Of a stretch of 64,000 nt of DNA, positions 47,367-55,260 are shown one piece after another. Every line of letters begins with the position of its first letter. The stretch's first letter is position 1. The DNA is taken from IMG/VR virus record IMGVR_UViG_3300021225_000362, positions 13,966-77,965 of that record; one strand, given 5' to 3'. Both the position numbers and the translations under genes were made by a program. The notes under the pieces were generated by a model. That model was not told the origin of the DNA. It was given only the letters and a program-made list of their open reading frames with translations, and made no database searches. Source of the stretch: a virus.

Positions 47367-47517
47367 TAAAATTTACTTACCGTTGACGGAAAAAATGTTC
47401 TATTTTGGTACGAATCACACAATCTTGAATCAAACTAATGATTCTTGGTGGACATTACGTATGGAAATTGAATCAGATTTAAAAAGAGAAATAACAAACC
47501 TCATTTATTATGAATAA
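47359..47517 (+). CDS. Array ORF 14 (not in track)
   Basis: MNNKIY...DLKREITNLIYYE*. Confidence 0.6.
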   Translation: MNNKIYLPLTEKMFYFGTNHTILNQTNDSWWTLRMEIESDLKREITNLIYYE

Positions 47518-47692
47518 AAAAATTAACATAAAAGAATTCAATTTTAATGAAATAATTTATTCAGAAGAAGAAATTAAAGAAATTCATTTTTTAGTTCAAG
47601 AAATTTATTTACCATATTACCAACCAATTTTTTTTGAAGCAAATTTTTTGAAACGTGAAATCAATTTTTTGGCATATAGACAAGAAAATTAA
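47510..47692 (+). CDS. Array ORF 15
   Basis: MNKKINI...FLKREINFLAYRQEN*. Confidence 0.6.
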   Translation: MNKKINIKEFNFNEIIYSEEEIKEIHFLVQEIYLPYYQPIFFEANFLKREINFLAYRQEN

Positions 47693-47837
47693 ACTCGAAG
47701 TCGTGTTGTATTTACCTGATGAACCTATAGATACAGAAGTAACACAGATTTTATCGGAAGATTTTTATGAAGCGGATAATTTGTTCTTTCAATTAGAACG
47801 ACAAATCGAAAACATCATTCATGAACAAAAAAATTGA
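47655..47837 (+). CDS. Array ORF 16; the canonical junction start appears mutated (ATAGACAAG in place of ATGAACAAG)
   Basis: ...IDKKIKL...FFQLERQIENIIHEQKN*. Confidence 0.5.
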   Translation: MKSIFWHIDKKIKLEVVLYLPDEPIDTEVTQILSEDFYEADNLFFQLERQIENIIHEQKN

Positions 47838-48021
47838 CCTGAATCCGCCACTAATAGGTGAAGTTATTGGGTTTATGAATGGAATACACGATATACACTT
47901 CATATTAGATTTTGATTTACATTCCGCATTGTATTTTAATTTATTTTCTTATTCTTTAGAAATACATAGACTGAGAGATAACATAAATGAAATTATCGAT
48001 GAACAAGGAAATTATAAATAA
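47821..48021 (+). CDS. Array ORF 17
   Basis: MNKKIDL...EIHRLRDNINEIIDEQ... Confidence 0.6.
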   Translation: MNKKIDLNPPLIGEVIGFMNGIHDIHFILDFDLHSALYFNLFSYSLEIHRLRDNINEIIDEQGNYK

Positions 48022-48169
48022 AGTTGCGATGAAATTACATCATTCTTTAAATTCTGAATTAACAATCAATACGGATTTAATTTTGTTATATGGTGAATTT
48101 TATTCCAAATCTTCGATTGAAATAAATGAATTGAAATCTGAAATAAATGATTTTATCGATGAACAATAA
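47999..48169 (+). CDS. Array ORF 18
   Basis: MNKEII...EINELKSEINDFIDEQ*. Confidence 0.6.
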   Translation: MNKEIINKVAMKLHHSLNSELTINTDLILLYGEFYSKSSIEINELKSEINDFIDEQ

Positions 48170-48323
48170 AATTGAATTGGATAATGAGAAGTATGATGAT
48201 TTATGCGATGTCACGTCTGAATCAATTAAGGAAGATGTATATCTTAAATTATGTCTCGATTTTAACTTCGAACTGATGGAAATTAAAAATTTCACAACCT
48301 TTTACATAAACCATGAACAATAA
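48159..48323 (+). CDS. Array ORF 19 (not in track)
   Basis: MNNKIEL...ELMEIKNFTTFYINHEQ*. Confidence 0.6.
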   Translation: MNNKIELDNEKYDDLCDVTSESIKEDVYLKLCLDFNFELMEIKNFTTFYINHEQ

Positions 48324-48483
48324 AATTAAAATTAAACTCAAACAGATAAACGATATATTCTATCTAAATAAAGATGTGGAAGAATTAATACAATTGATAA
48401 CTGTATATGGGTTTGAAAATAATTTAAATTTTGAAATCCATGAAATTACCGACCAAATAAATGTTCTTTGTGGTGAACAATAA
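48313..48483 (+). CDS. Array ORF 20 (not in track)
   Basis: MNNKIKI...EIHEITDQINVLCGEQ*. Confidence 0.6.
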   Translation: MNNKIKIKLKQINDIFYLNKDVEELIQLITVYGFENNLNFEIHEITDQINVLCGEQ

Positions 48484-48658
48484 TAAAATATCACTTTTTG
48501 AACCTGTACATAAAAATTTTAATTTGGATATCAATCCCATATATAATGATTCTTTTGATGTTACGTTATATCTTGGATTACATGACGAACTTAAATTTAC
48601 AATTGAGACAGAATTCAATCAATTAAATGTTGAAATAGATGAAATACAAAAAATGTGA
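48473..48658 (+). CDS. Array ORF 21 (GTG start at the junction)
   Basis: VNNNKISL...EFNQLNVEIDEIQKM*. Confidence 0.55.
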   Translation: MNNNKISLFEPVHKNFNLDINPIYNDSFDVTLYLGLHDELKFTIETEFNQLNVEIDEIQKM

Positions 48659-48806
48659 AATAGATGAAAAAATTCTGTTTGAATTGTTTTCTTATGATAC
48701 CCATGAATATATACAATGGTTATGTATTCCTAAGTTATTTTTCCAATTAAGAGTACCAATTGAATTGGAATTTATGAATTTAAAATCTCAAATAGATGGA
48801 TTATAA
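48639..48806 (+). CDS. Array ORF 22 (not in track)
   Basis: MKYKKCEI...FFQLRVPIELEFMNLKSQIDGL*; close to ORF 23. Confidence 0.6.
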   Translation: MKYKKCEIDEKILFELFSYDTHEYIQWLCIPKLFFQLRVPIELEFMNLKSQIDGL

Positions 48807-48984
48807 TAAATGCAGATTCAATAAAAATAAGTTGAAAGAATTTGTATCTTTCGATATCAATACTTGGATACATTGGGTGCTTCCTTATCAAATATTTAAC
48901 CAATTAAGAGAACCAACGGAAATGGAATATATGGAATTGGAATCTGAAATAAACGTCTTTTGTAAAAAACAAATCAATGAATAA
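48796..48984 (+). CDS. Array ORF 23
   Basis: MDYNKC...FNQLREPTEMEYMELESEINVFCKKQINE*. Confidence 0.6.
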   Translation: MDYNKCRFNKNKLKEFVSFDINTWIHWVLPYQIFNQLREPTEMEYMELESEINVFCKKQINE

Positions 48985-49138
48985 GAGAATTGATTTAACG
49001 GATATACGACTGAATCATTTTGCACTTGAAATTGTTATCACATTTGAAGTGTGGTGTGAATTGAATGAATTACTATACGAGATGATTTTTAATGAATTAA
49101 AAGAAATTGAAGAACAAATCGATGAACAACAAAATTGA
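48977..49138 (+). CDS. Array ORF 24 (not in track)
   Basis: MNKRIDL...ELKEIEEQIDEQQN*. Confidence 0.6.
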   Translation: MNKRIDLTDIRLNHFALEIVITFEVWCELNELLYEMIFNELKEIEEQIDEQQN

Positions 49139-49307
49139 ACCACATTTTTTCATGAACACATATAGTTTATCTCCAATAGAAGACTATAATACCGAAAGAT
49201 TATTTGATGAACTTTACGAATCACAAAATCAAGGGATACACAGAGAATTCCATGAACTATATTTCGAAATAAAAAATATCTCCAATGAACAAATCATTTA
49301 TCAATAG
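49122..49307 (+). CDS. Array ORF 25
   Basis: MNNKIEP...EFHELYFEIKNISNEQ... Confidence 0.6.
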   Translation: MNNKIEPHFFMNTYSLSPIEDYNTERLFDELYESQNQGIHREFHELYFEIKNISNEQIIYQ

Positions 49308-49461
49308 TTCATCCACCATTATATTTGAGTCACTTCACACAGAACTAAATGAAAATTTAAATTTAGATTTATATATTAACTTACATCTTAAATTGAAAAG
49401 TCAATTAGAATTAAATACCAGACAACTAAATTTTGAAATAAAAGAAATCTGCAATGAATAA
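49285..49461 (+). CDS. Array ORF 26 (not in track)
   Basis: MNKSF...RQLNFEIKEICNE*. Confidence 0.6.
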   Translation: MNKSFINSSSTIIFESLHTELNENLNLDLYINLHLKLKSQLELNTRQLNFEIKEICNE

Positions 49462-49630
49462 TAATACACGTTTACAATTCTTGGAAAAATTACCATTCTT
49501 TACACCAACCATAGACAACCCTTTTGACCTACTATTATTCCAAGAACTACATGTATCAATGAATCAAACAACAAATAAAGAAATGAATGAATTATGTTTC
49601 GCCATAAAACAAGTTATCAATGAACAATAA
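49454..49630 (+). CDS. Array ORF 27, NPFD subgroup (not in track)
   Basis: MNNNTRL...DNPFDLLL...EMNELCFAIKQVINEQ*. Confidence 0.65.
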   Translation: MNNNTRLQFLEKLPFFTPTIDNPFDLLLFQELHVSMNQTTNKEMNELCFAIKQVINEQ

Positions 49631-49796
49631 TATACGTTCAGAATTCTCGGAAAAAGTATTAACCATGACACCACATTACAAAAACCCTTTTGACGATTTA
49701 TTACACAAAGAACTATATGTATCCCTAATTCAAACAACAACTACAGAAATGATAGAATTACAATATACAATAAAAGAAATCTGCAATGAACAGTAA
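49620..49796 (+). CDS. Array ORF 28, NPFD subgroup (not in track)
   Basis: MNNNIRS...KNPFDDLL...EMIELQYTIKEICNEQ*. Confidence 0.65.
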   Translation: MNNNIRSEFSEKVLTMTPHYKNPFDDLLHKELYVSLIQTTTTEMIELQYTIKEICNEQ

Positions 49797-49962
49797 ATTA
49801 ATGGAAGACTTGAAAGAAAATATACCAGACTTTACATCAAACATCGAAAACCCTTTTGACAATTTATTATTTGATAATCTATATTTCACATTAAGACAAA
49901 GAGTTATCTGGGAAATGAATCAATTAGAAACCACCATAACAAGAATCACCAATGAACAATAA
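49786..49962 (+). CDS. Array ORF 29, NPFD subgroup (not in track)
   Basis: MNSKL...ENPFDNLL...EMNQLETTITRITNEQ*. Confidence 0.65.
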   Translation: MNSKLMEDLKENIPDFTSNIENPFDNLLFDNLYFTLRQRVIWEMNQLETTITRITNEQ

Positions 49963-50125
49963 GTTAAATTTAACCAAATTACATGATAACTTATATACCA
50001 ATTTATTTCACAAAGATATATTCCCAGAAGACCTCGTATTCTATATAGAAGTAATCCCAAATAATCAACTAACAGAATTAGTTGATTTAGAATTACGAAT
50101 AAATGAAATCTACAATGAACGATAA
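49952..50125 (+). CDS. Array ORF 30 (not in track)
   Basis: MNNKLNL...ELVDLELRINEIYNER*. Confidence 0.6.
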   Translation: MNNKLNLTKLHDNLYTNLFHKDIFPEDLVFYIEVIPNNQLTELVDLELRINEIYNER

Positions 50126-50294
50126 AATAGTTATCAGTTCAATTTTAATACGTGAACCAACATCCTTTATCTACACTAAGATAAATACTGATTTATACAC
50201 GCAGTTAAAAATGGAACTACTACGTACAATTAATATGGAAATAATTGAATTAGAATCCCAAATAAAAGATATCTGCAATGAATCAAATCGATGA
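50115..50294 (+). CDS. Array ORF 31
   Basis: MNDKIV...EIIELESQIKDICNESNR*. Confidence 0.6.
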   Translation: MNDKIVISSILIREPTSFIYTKINTDLYTQLKMELLRTINMEIIELESQIKDICNESNR

Positions 50295-50427
50295 TAAACC
50301 AAATACAGAACATATCATCAAAGAAATATAATCTGTATTAAATTACATAGATAACGATACACAAAAAATACTCGTTAATATGATTTTGAATGAAATTGTT
50401 GACATAAAATTGGATATAGATGCATAA
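50278..50427 (+). pseudogene. Array ORF 32 with an in-frame TAA at 50329
   Basis: MNQIDDKPNTEHIIKEI*SVLN...NEIVDIKLDIDA*; paralog ORF 34 has EI-K(AAA)-SV at this position. Confidence 0.65.
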
Positions 50428-50590
50428 TGACATCACAAAATTCAACATAGATTTTGATACACAAGAAATCACTTTTCATATACAATGGGATTTACTTTTC
50501 CTATTATTCACCCACATACGAGATTCACCTGAAACAGAACTCGGTGAACTGCAAATACAAATAGGAAATATATCAGAAATTAAAAAATAA
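50420..50590 (+). CDS. Array ORF 33 (not in track)
   Basis: MHNDIT...ELGELQIQIGNISEIKK*. Confidence 0.55.
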   Translation: MHNDITKFNIDFDTQEITFHIQWDLLFLLFTHIRDSPETELGELQIQIGNISEIKK

Positions 50591-50601
50591 TTATACAAAA
50601 C

Positions 50602-50760
50602 ATGAACAAATCTGATACCTCAGATATCGTACAAGAAATAAAATCTGTATCAAGTCATATCAATACCCCTCTCTTAAATGAACTCCATGATTTACTTATG
50701 AACCAAACTTATAATGAAATAATCGATATAAAATTTGAAATAGATATTATCTTATCCTAA
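50602..50760 (+). CDS. Array ORF 34 (not in track)
   Basis: MNKSD...QEIKSV...NEIIDIKFEIDIILS*. Confidence 0.6.
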   Translation: MNKSDTSDIVQEIKSVSSHINTPLLNELHDLLMNQTYNEIIDIKFEIDIILS

Positions 50761-50771
50761 AATGAAATTAA

Positions 50772-50951
50772 ATGAACATAGATGAAACCGATAAGTTTAT
50801 AAGAGATAAATTACGTCTAATCGAATTGGCCGAATTCTACAATGAACCATATTTTACATATGTAGATAATCAAATTGGTATCGAAATTGATGAACTATAT
50901 CATGAACTATATGACTCCTTTGGAATGCCCCTGAATTATAGTTCTAAATGA
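50772..50951 (+). CDS. Array ORF 35 (not in track)
   Basis: MNIDE...EIDELYHELYDSF... Confidence 0.55.
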   Translation: MNIDETDKFIRDKLRLIELAEFYNEPYFTYVDNQIGIEIDELYHELYDSFGMPLNYSSK

Positions 50952-51243
50952 TTAACATTGTCGTAAATGAATACAAAATCCTGTATTACAGAAAATAAAT
51001 AAAAAATCCCTCTGGGATATACAAAAACAGGAATAAATATAGTGTGAGAAAAACCAGGAACCAGTATTGGGGATTGTCCCCTGTGTGAGACTGTAATACC
51101 CCCTAATTTTTTTAAAATTTCAGACTAAAAAAAGTCCCGTTTTTGATATCAGAAACGACAATTTTTTAGGGGTATCGATGCAATATACCAGAACGGGGTT
51201 TTTATGTACCTGTAATACGTGTATACCTGAAACAGGTTTATAT

Positions 51244-51362
51244 GTCATACGTTAGGGGGTAATGTATATTGTCATACGTGATATAGATTTACGTTTCCGT
51301 CATACATAATGGTGTCTGTCATACGTATAGGGACCTGTCATACACCCGAAGGGTTGTCATAC
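51244..51362. repeat. Six copies of GTCATAC in the intergenic convergence zone
   Basis: Starts at 51244, 51271, 51299, 51318, 51337, 51356 (spacing 27, 28, 19, 19, 19). Confidence 0.9.
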
Positions 51363-51418
51363 GTACATAAAAAAACCGTCCCAGAAATGGAACGGTTTTA
51401 TTTTTGTGTAACAAACTA

Positions 51419-51625
51419 TTACGCTTGTTGTGATTGTCTCTGGAGTTCATTTCTGAACTGTACTGCGGACTTCTTAGAGGAGAAGTTTTTACTGTAACGA
51501 ACACCATCGATAGACATTCTTACACGGTAAGAGAATCCATCGAAATAGATGTTCCTACCTACGGAACGATAGGTTGTTTTTGTCTGGTTAGTTTTTTTTG
51601 ATTGTGATGTTGTTTTCTTTGTCAT
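51419..51625 (-). CDS. Small AP2/integrase-arm-like DNA-binding protein
   Basis: MTKKTT...NIYFDGFSYRVRMSIDGVRYSKNFSSKKSAVQFRNEL: a three-strand-plus-helix pattern, basic; ATG at 51625. Confidence 0.55.
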   Translation of the reverse strand: MTKKTTSQSKKTNQTKTTYRSVGRNIYFDGFSYRVRMSIDGVRYSKNFSSKKSAVQFRNELQRQSQQA

Positions 51626-51707
51626 AACATAATGTTTTATAATTAAAATATACGGAATAATCATGGAACAAAAAAATTTTGCCATATATTTTTTAAAATT
51701 ATTTTCC

Positions 51708-52003
51708 GAATATTCTTTGGCAACCTGATTGTTAATATTGTGTTAAATAGAACGAATGTTCTTTGGCAGGGGGATATGTTAAAGATAATATAATTCGTCT
51801 GAATATTCTTTGGCACTCCCCTACTGTTAATGAAATCACAATTCGTCTGAATGTTCCTTGGCAGGTCCCCTGTTAAATAAATCCTAATTTATCTGAATGT
51901 TCCTTGGCACTCCCCTACTGTTAATGAAATCACAATTCATCTGAATATTCTTTGGCAGGGTGGGTGTTAAATAAATCAGAATTCATCTGAATATTCTTTG
52001 GCA
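51708..52003. repeat. Seven-unit tandem repeat, core GAATRTTCYTTGGCA, usually followed by N7-9-TGTTAA, period 46-48 bp
   Basis: Cores at 51708, 51754, 51801, 51849, 51895, 51943, 51989; units 3 and 5 differ at 3 of 48 nt. Confidence 0.95.
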
Positions 52004-52011
52004 GGGTGGGG

Positions 52012-52044
52012 GAAAAAAGAAACGGGGATTAGTTGTCCCCGTTT
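52012..52044 (-). terminator. Intrinsic terminator
   Basis: AAACGGGGA-loop-TCCCCGTTT with a T-run on the minus strand. Confidence 0.75.
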
Positions 52045-52158
52045 AATTTTGTTTTATATCTATCACCCCATCTGTTTACCATGTACTTAATGTACCGATG
52101 TTTTTTATGTGGGTTGTAGAGGAAGTAGAATAGGTAGTAATCCACGAACCACTTCAGG

Positions 52159-52473
52159 TTATTCAGTAGTTTCTTTGTCATACACTGTAATGAATGAGTG
52201 GTACATTGCAGATACGATAACTCTGAGATGGTTGATACATTTGGTATCTGCCATACTAACTGCTGTCCTCAAATCATTATTGACAACAGACGTTACGAAA
52301 CCACCACCTTGCATGTAATTGTCCCTGGTCATCATCACGGACTGTGTAATACTTACGATGTGTGGGTCAGTGACACCCCAATCTTTGCAATGTTCGACAG
52401 CGCGATTGTAATACGTGTCATATAATGATTTGTCCATTTTATTTCTTTTTAAGTTTTTGGCTCCTTGTGACAA
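52159..52473 (-). CDS. Hypothetical protein
   Basis: ...GGGFVTSVVNNDLRTAVSMAD...; real start probably at MDKSLY. Confidence 0.6.
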   Translation of the reverse strand: MSQGAKNLKRNKMDKSLYDTYYNRAVEHCKDWGVTDPHIVSITQSVMMTRDNYMQGGGFVTSVVNNDLRTAVSMADTKCINHLRVIVSAMYHSFITVYDKETTE

Positions 52474-52936
52474 TCTCTTCTTCCATTGCTCTTATGAGTT
52501 TATCAGAAGCTTTCTCCATGAAGTCTTTATGTTTCCTCAGGTCATCAACTCCTGTTTTGATTTTGTCTTGCCAGAATTCAAGAGGGTCCACAACTACACG
52601 AATATCCTTTGCAACCTTCTCTTTCCTGTAGAAGTTGCTACGTGCATAGATGTACTGTGAAGTTCCTGAACTCCCTCCTCCTGCAATGGATAATTTGATT
52701 TCCATGTCTTCCTTGGACCTGAGTTGCATAATCAGTTCCTCAAGCACGGAAAGTCTGCTGAACTCTTTTCTGAATTTGTCCACTGTTGCTTTATAATCCT
52801 GTACAAATGTCGATAAGGTCTCAGACATCTCCTTAGGATTATTGTTGTTGATGAAGACATCGAAAGCACTGATTTTCTCGTCACTCCCAACCAACTCAAC
52901 AAACACACCTTCATTCTTCTTGTTAACACGTCCCAT
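52439..52936 (-). CDS. Hypothetical protein
   Basis: 165 aa ORF with its own promoter cassette. Confidence 0.6.
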   Translation of the reverse strand: MGRVNKKNEGVFVELVGSDEKISAFDVFINNNNPKEMSETLSTFVQDYKATVDKFRKEFSRLSVLEELIMQLRSKEDMEIKLSIAGGGSSGTSQYIYARSNFYRKEKVAKDIRVVVDPLEFWQDKIKTGVDDLRKHKDFMEKASDKLIRAMEEEIVTRSQKLKKK

Positions 52937-52999
52937 TTAAAACCGTTTTATTTTTCTTTTCTTTTTCCGATTCAGTAAAGGTAATACAGGTAGATTGAT

Positions 53000-53245
53000 T
53001 TAACAAACAATTGTCTTATCCTTCAACATCCTGAACATGTTCCACACAAAACCCAGTGCGTGAACATCATCCACGAAATATGTATCGGGTGTTATTAAAT
53101 CATGCGGGTCGGTGTCCTTCAACTGATTAACAACATTTTGATACTCAGGTTTAATCATTTGTGATACCTGATTAATCAATGCGGGGTACTTCTGAATAAA
53201 TTGAATTGAGTCCATAACTTTTTTTATTGTAAAGATATTAAACAA
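53000..53245 (-). CDS. Hypothetical protein
   Basis: Probable start MDSIQF; promoter cassette upstream. Confidence 0.55.
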   Translation of the reverse strand: MFNIFTIKKVMDSIQFIQKYPALINQVSQMIKPEYQNVVNQLKDTDPHDLITPDTYFVDDVHALGFVWNMFRMLKDKTIVC

Positions 53246-53355
53246 TTATCGTTATACCAAATTTATTTATGGTGAATATGGTGTTACCCATATGAATTTT
53301 TAATTGTCTTGTAAAAATAAAAAGGATAGATGAATATACCAACTATTTTTTTTTC

Positions 53356-53409
53356 AAATATTCTTTGGCAAGTGGATGGGTAAAAAAAACCCACCTATAT
53401 TTGGTGGGT
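53356..53409 (-). terminator. TTGGCA motif copy plus terminator hairpin
   Basis: AAATATTCTTTGGCA at 53356; ACCCACC-loop-GGTGGGT with A8. Confidence 0.7.
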
Positions 53410-54189
53410 CCGTATTACGAATTTATTTGATGAGTCCAACTTGTTTCGGACTTTTTTGAACTTGAGTCCGACAATCACGTTCGGTTCATCGATGTATCTC
53501 ATGTCATACTTGTCCCCGTCAATAACCTTGTACCCTTCAAACGTTTCGGGTAATTTGTCAAAAACAACGGATATCCGAACGTTCTTTTTTAACATTTCCT
53601 TACACACGTCCCAATTATGTCCACTGAACGAAAATGTAAGGTCATAGTTAGGATATTTCTCCAAAACCTTAGTACGGGTCGGAACTTTGGTATAATCGTA
53701 AAATTGGACATCTGGAAACATCTGGAGGATATTCACGTTTTTCCCGTTCTCATTCACATAAAACATCTCAGGGGAAATATCGGATGTATTATTCAGACGA
53801 ACCGAAAAACGATACCCCAATTTTTGTGAACGTTTAATTCCCGATTTAATCTCATCGATAATCCAACGGACGGTAAATTCCCGTTCATTAAAAAACAATT
53901 GTGTTTTACTGATACGGGACTTGTTAATTTTGTTCTTATGAATATCCATCCTGTTCTGTCCACTTTCATTCAGACATACGGACGTACATTCAGGGGTACG
54001 GGACGGACATACTTCAAACCCGCTCATTTTGGCTGGGGCGAAGTAAATTGTGTACACCAGTTCGTTGTACTTATAAGCTTTCTCATGTTTGGTTGAATTG
54101 TTCACCATACCAAAATAAGAAAACCCCGTTAACTGTCTGGCTTGTTTCTTGTTCTTGTAAATTAACATATAAATTGATTTAGGATACAA
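53395..54189 (-). CDS. Phage GP88-like protein with a CxxxxxxCxxxC Cys cluster
   Basis: VCPSRTPECTSVCLNESG, VRLNNTSDI, QFYDYTK, LTFSFS, IDGDKYDMR, VGLKFK. Confidence 0.7.
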   Translation of the reverse strand: MYPKSIYMLIYKNKKQARQLTGFSYFGMVNNSTKHEKAYKYNELVYTIYFAPAKMSGFEVCPSRTPECTSVCLNESGQNRMDIHKNKINKSRISKTQLFFNEREFTVRWIIDEIKSGIKRSQKLGYRFSVRLNNTSDISPEMFYVNENGKNVNILQMFPDVQFYDYTKVPTRTKVLEKYPNYDLTFSFSGHNWDVCKEMLKKNVRISVVFDKLPETFEGYKVIDGDKYDMRYIDEPNVIVGLKFKKVRNKLDSSNKFVIRTHQI

Positions 54190-54239
54190 AGATAAAACGA
54201 ATATTTGAAACCACCAAATTTAAATTGAATTTATTTTTA

Positions 54240-54390
54240 AAATATTCCTTGGCAACCTGACTGTTAATAAAACTTTAATTCTTCTGAATATTCTTTGGCA
54301 CGTCCTGTGTTAAATGATACCCAATATTTCTGAATATTCTTTGGCACGTGGGTTGGGAATAAAAAAAGGGGGAATATAGAAATATCCCCC
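54240..54390. repeat. Three-unit TTGGCA/TGTTAA repeat (46-bp period) plus terminator hairpin
   Basis: Cores at 54240, 54286, 54332; hairpin GGGGGA...TCCCCC at 54368-54390. Confidence 0.9.
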
Positions 54391-54416
54391 CATCTTCATA
54401 TTAACCCTAAATAGTT

Positions 54417-55175
54417 TCAGAGACGCAGGGACATCTTCTCATCATTCTTTCTACGATAGTTGTAGATATCCTCAATCATGAGTGAGTAAGATTTCTTATC
54501 CCCACAAAGTTGAAGTAAATCAGGACGTACCTTAACCTTATGAAGGAACTCATCAAATTTAAATCCTTTTTTCTTTTCCATAATGGAAAGGAGAGTACGG
54601 ACAAAGTTTGAACGGTTGTATCCTTTTTCAAAATATGGTTTGAGTTGAAGAAGATTGTTTGCCCACTTTTCTGCAGTCTGAAGATTCTTGACACTGAATT
54701 TACCGTCAGCAAACTCTTTTTTGTTTGCGTGTTTTGTACCACTATTCTGAAGTAACATCAATCGTTCGGTCAATGAGAACATGGGGAACTTCTCACCAAA
54801 CTCATCCAATATACGGTAAGATTCGTTACCTTGGTTTGCGTACCCTGTTATATAATCTTTCTTACTCCACTCCTTGGCGTTCTTGTTAAGTTCCTTGGCA
54901 GCTTCGAAAATCCCTTTGGCGGTGTTTGTAATACTTTCATCGATGATATAGAAAATACCACATCCAGCAATCTCAGCTGCTTTCACCCGATGTTGTCCGT
55001 CAACAATAACCATTTTGGTGGTCACAATGATGGGGTGTTTTTTCAGCTCCTTTTTCATGGATTCGGATATCCTGAATATCCTGTTTTGTGATTGTGGGTT
55101 ATTGATATCCCTGTTCACTTGATGGAACTTAAAAATACTCAAATCTTTGGTGTAGAGAACCTTGAATTCTTTCAT
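54417..55175 (-). CDS. ParB/Srx-like N-terminal domain protein
   Basis: FHQVNRDIN, PIIVTTKMVIVDGQHRVKAAE. Confidence 0.75.
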   Translation of the reverse strand: MKEFKVLYTKDLSIFKFHQVNRDINNPQSQNRIFRISESMKKELKKHPIIVTTKMVIVDGQHRVKAAEIAGCGIFYIIDESITNTAKGIFEAAKELNKNAKEWSKKDYITGYANQGNESYRILDEFGEKFPMFSLTERLMLLQNSGTKHANKKEFADGKFSVKNLQTAEKWANNLLQLKPYFEKGYNRSNFVRTLLSIMEKKKGFKFDEFLHKVKVRPDLLQLCGDKKSYSLMIEDIYNYRRKNDEKMSLRL

Positions 55176-55232
55176 ATAAACTTAGTTTTACCAAAAATAA
55201 TAACAAGTTATTTAACCACCAAATTATTTTTT

Positions 55233-55260
55233 AAAAAAAATCCCCCGTGTATGACGGGGG
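55233..55260 (-). terminator. Terminator hairpin CCCCCGT-CATAC-ACGGGGG (minus strand) + T-run
   Basis: Same hairpin recurs at 55762-55789; contains GTCATAC on the minus strand. Confidence 0.75.

Larger units (their letters stand above)
44951..50951 (+). repeat. Tandem array of about 35 coupled mini-genes (50-71 codons) with recurrent ATGAACAATAA-type stop/start junctions
   Basis: Manual translation of consecutive ORFs; N-termini MN(N/K)K/N; C-terminal E-L-x-x-E-I-x-x-(I/L/F)-x-(N/D/H)-E-(Q) consensus; period mostly ~150-190 bp. Confidence 0.85.

Noticed and set aside
44951-50951. Diversity-generating retroelement acting on the mini-gene array
   Set aside because: No reverse transcriptase in the window, no template/variable repeat pair, and paralog differences are not adenine-specific
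44951-50951. One giant gene fragmented by stop-codon recoding or programmed frameshifts
   Set aside because: Stops are TAA/TGA and each successor ORF starts in a different frame with its own ATG; no consistent slippery heptamer; long genes elsewhere read intact in code 11
51309-51507. Track ORFs 51309..51497 (+) and 51319..51507 (-)
   Set aside because: They overlap the GTCATAC repeat tract and the AP2-like gene, have atypical composition and no start context; treated as non-coding
51708-52003. CRISPR array
   Set aside because: The conserved core is only ~15 bp and non-palindromic; the intervening sequences resemble each other (units 3 and 5 nearly identical, shared TGTTAA) instead of being unique spacers; no cas genes or leader
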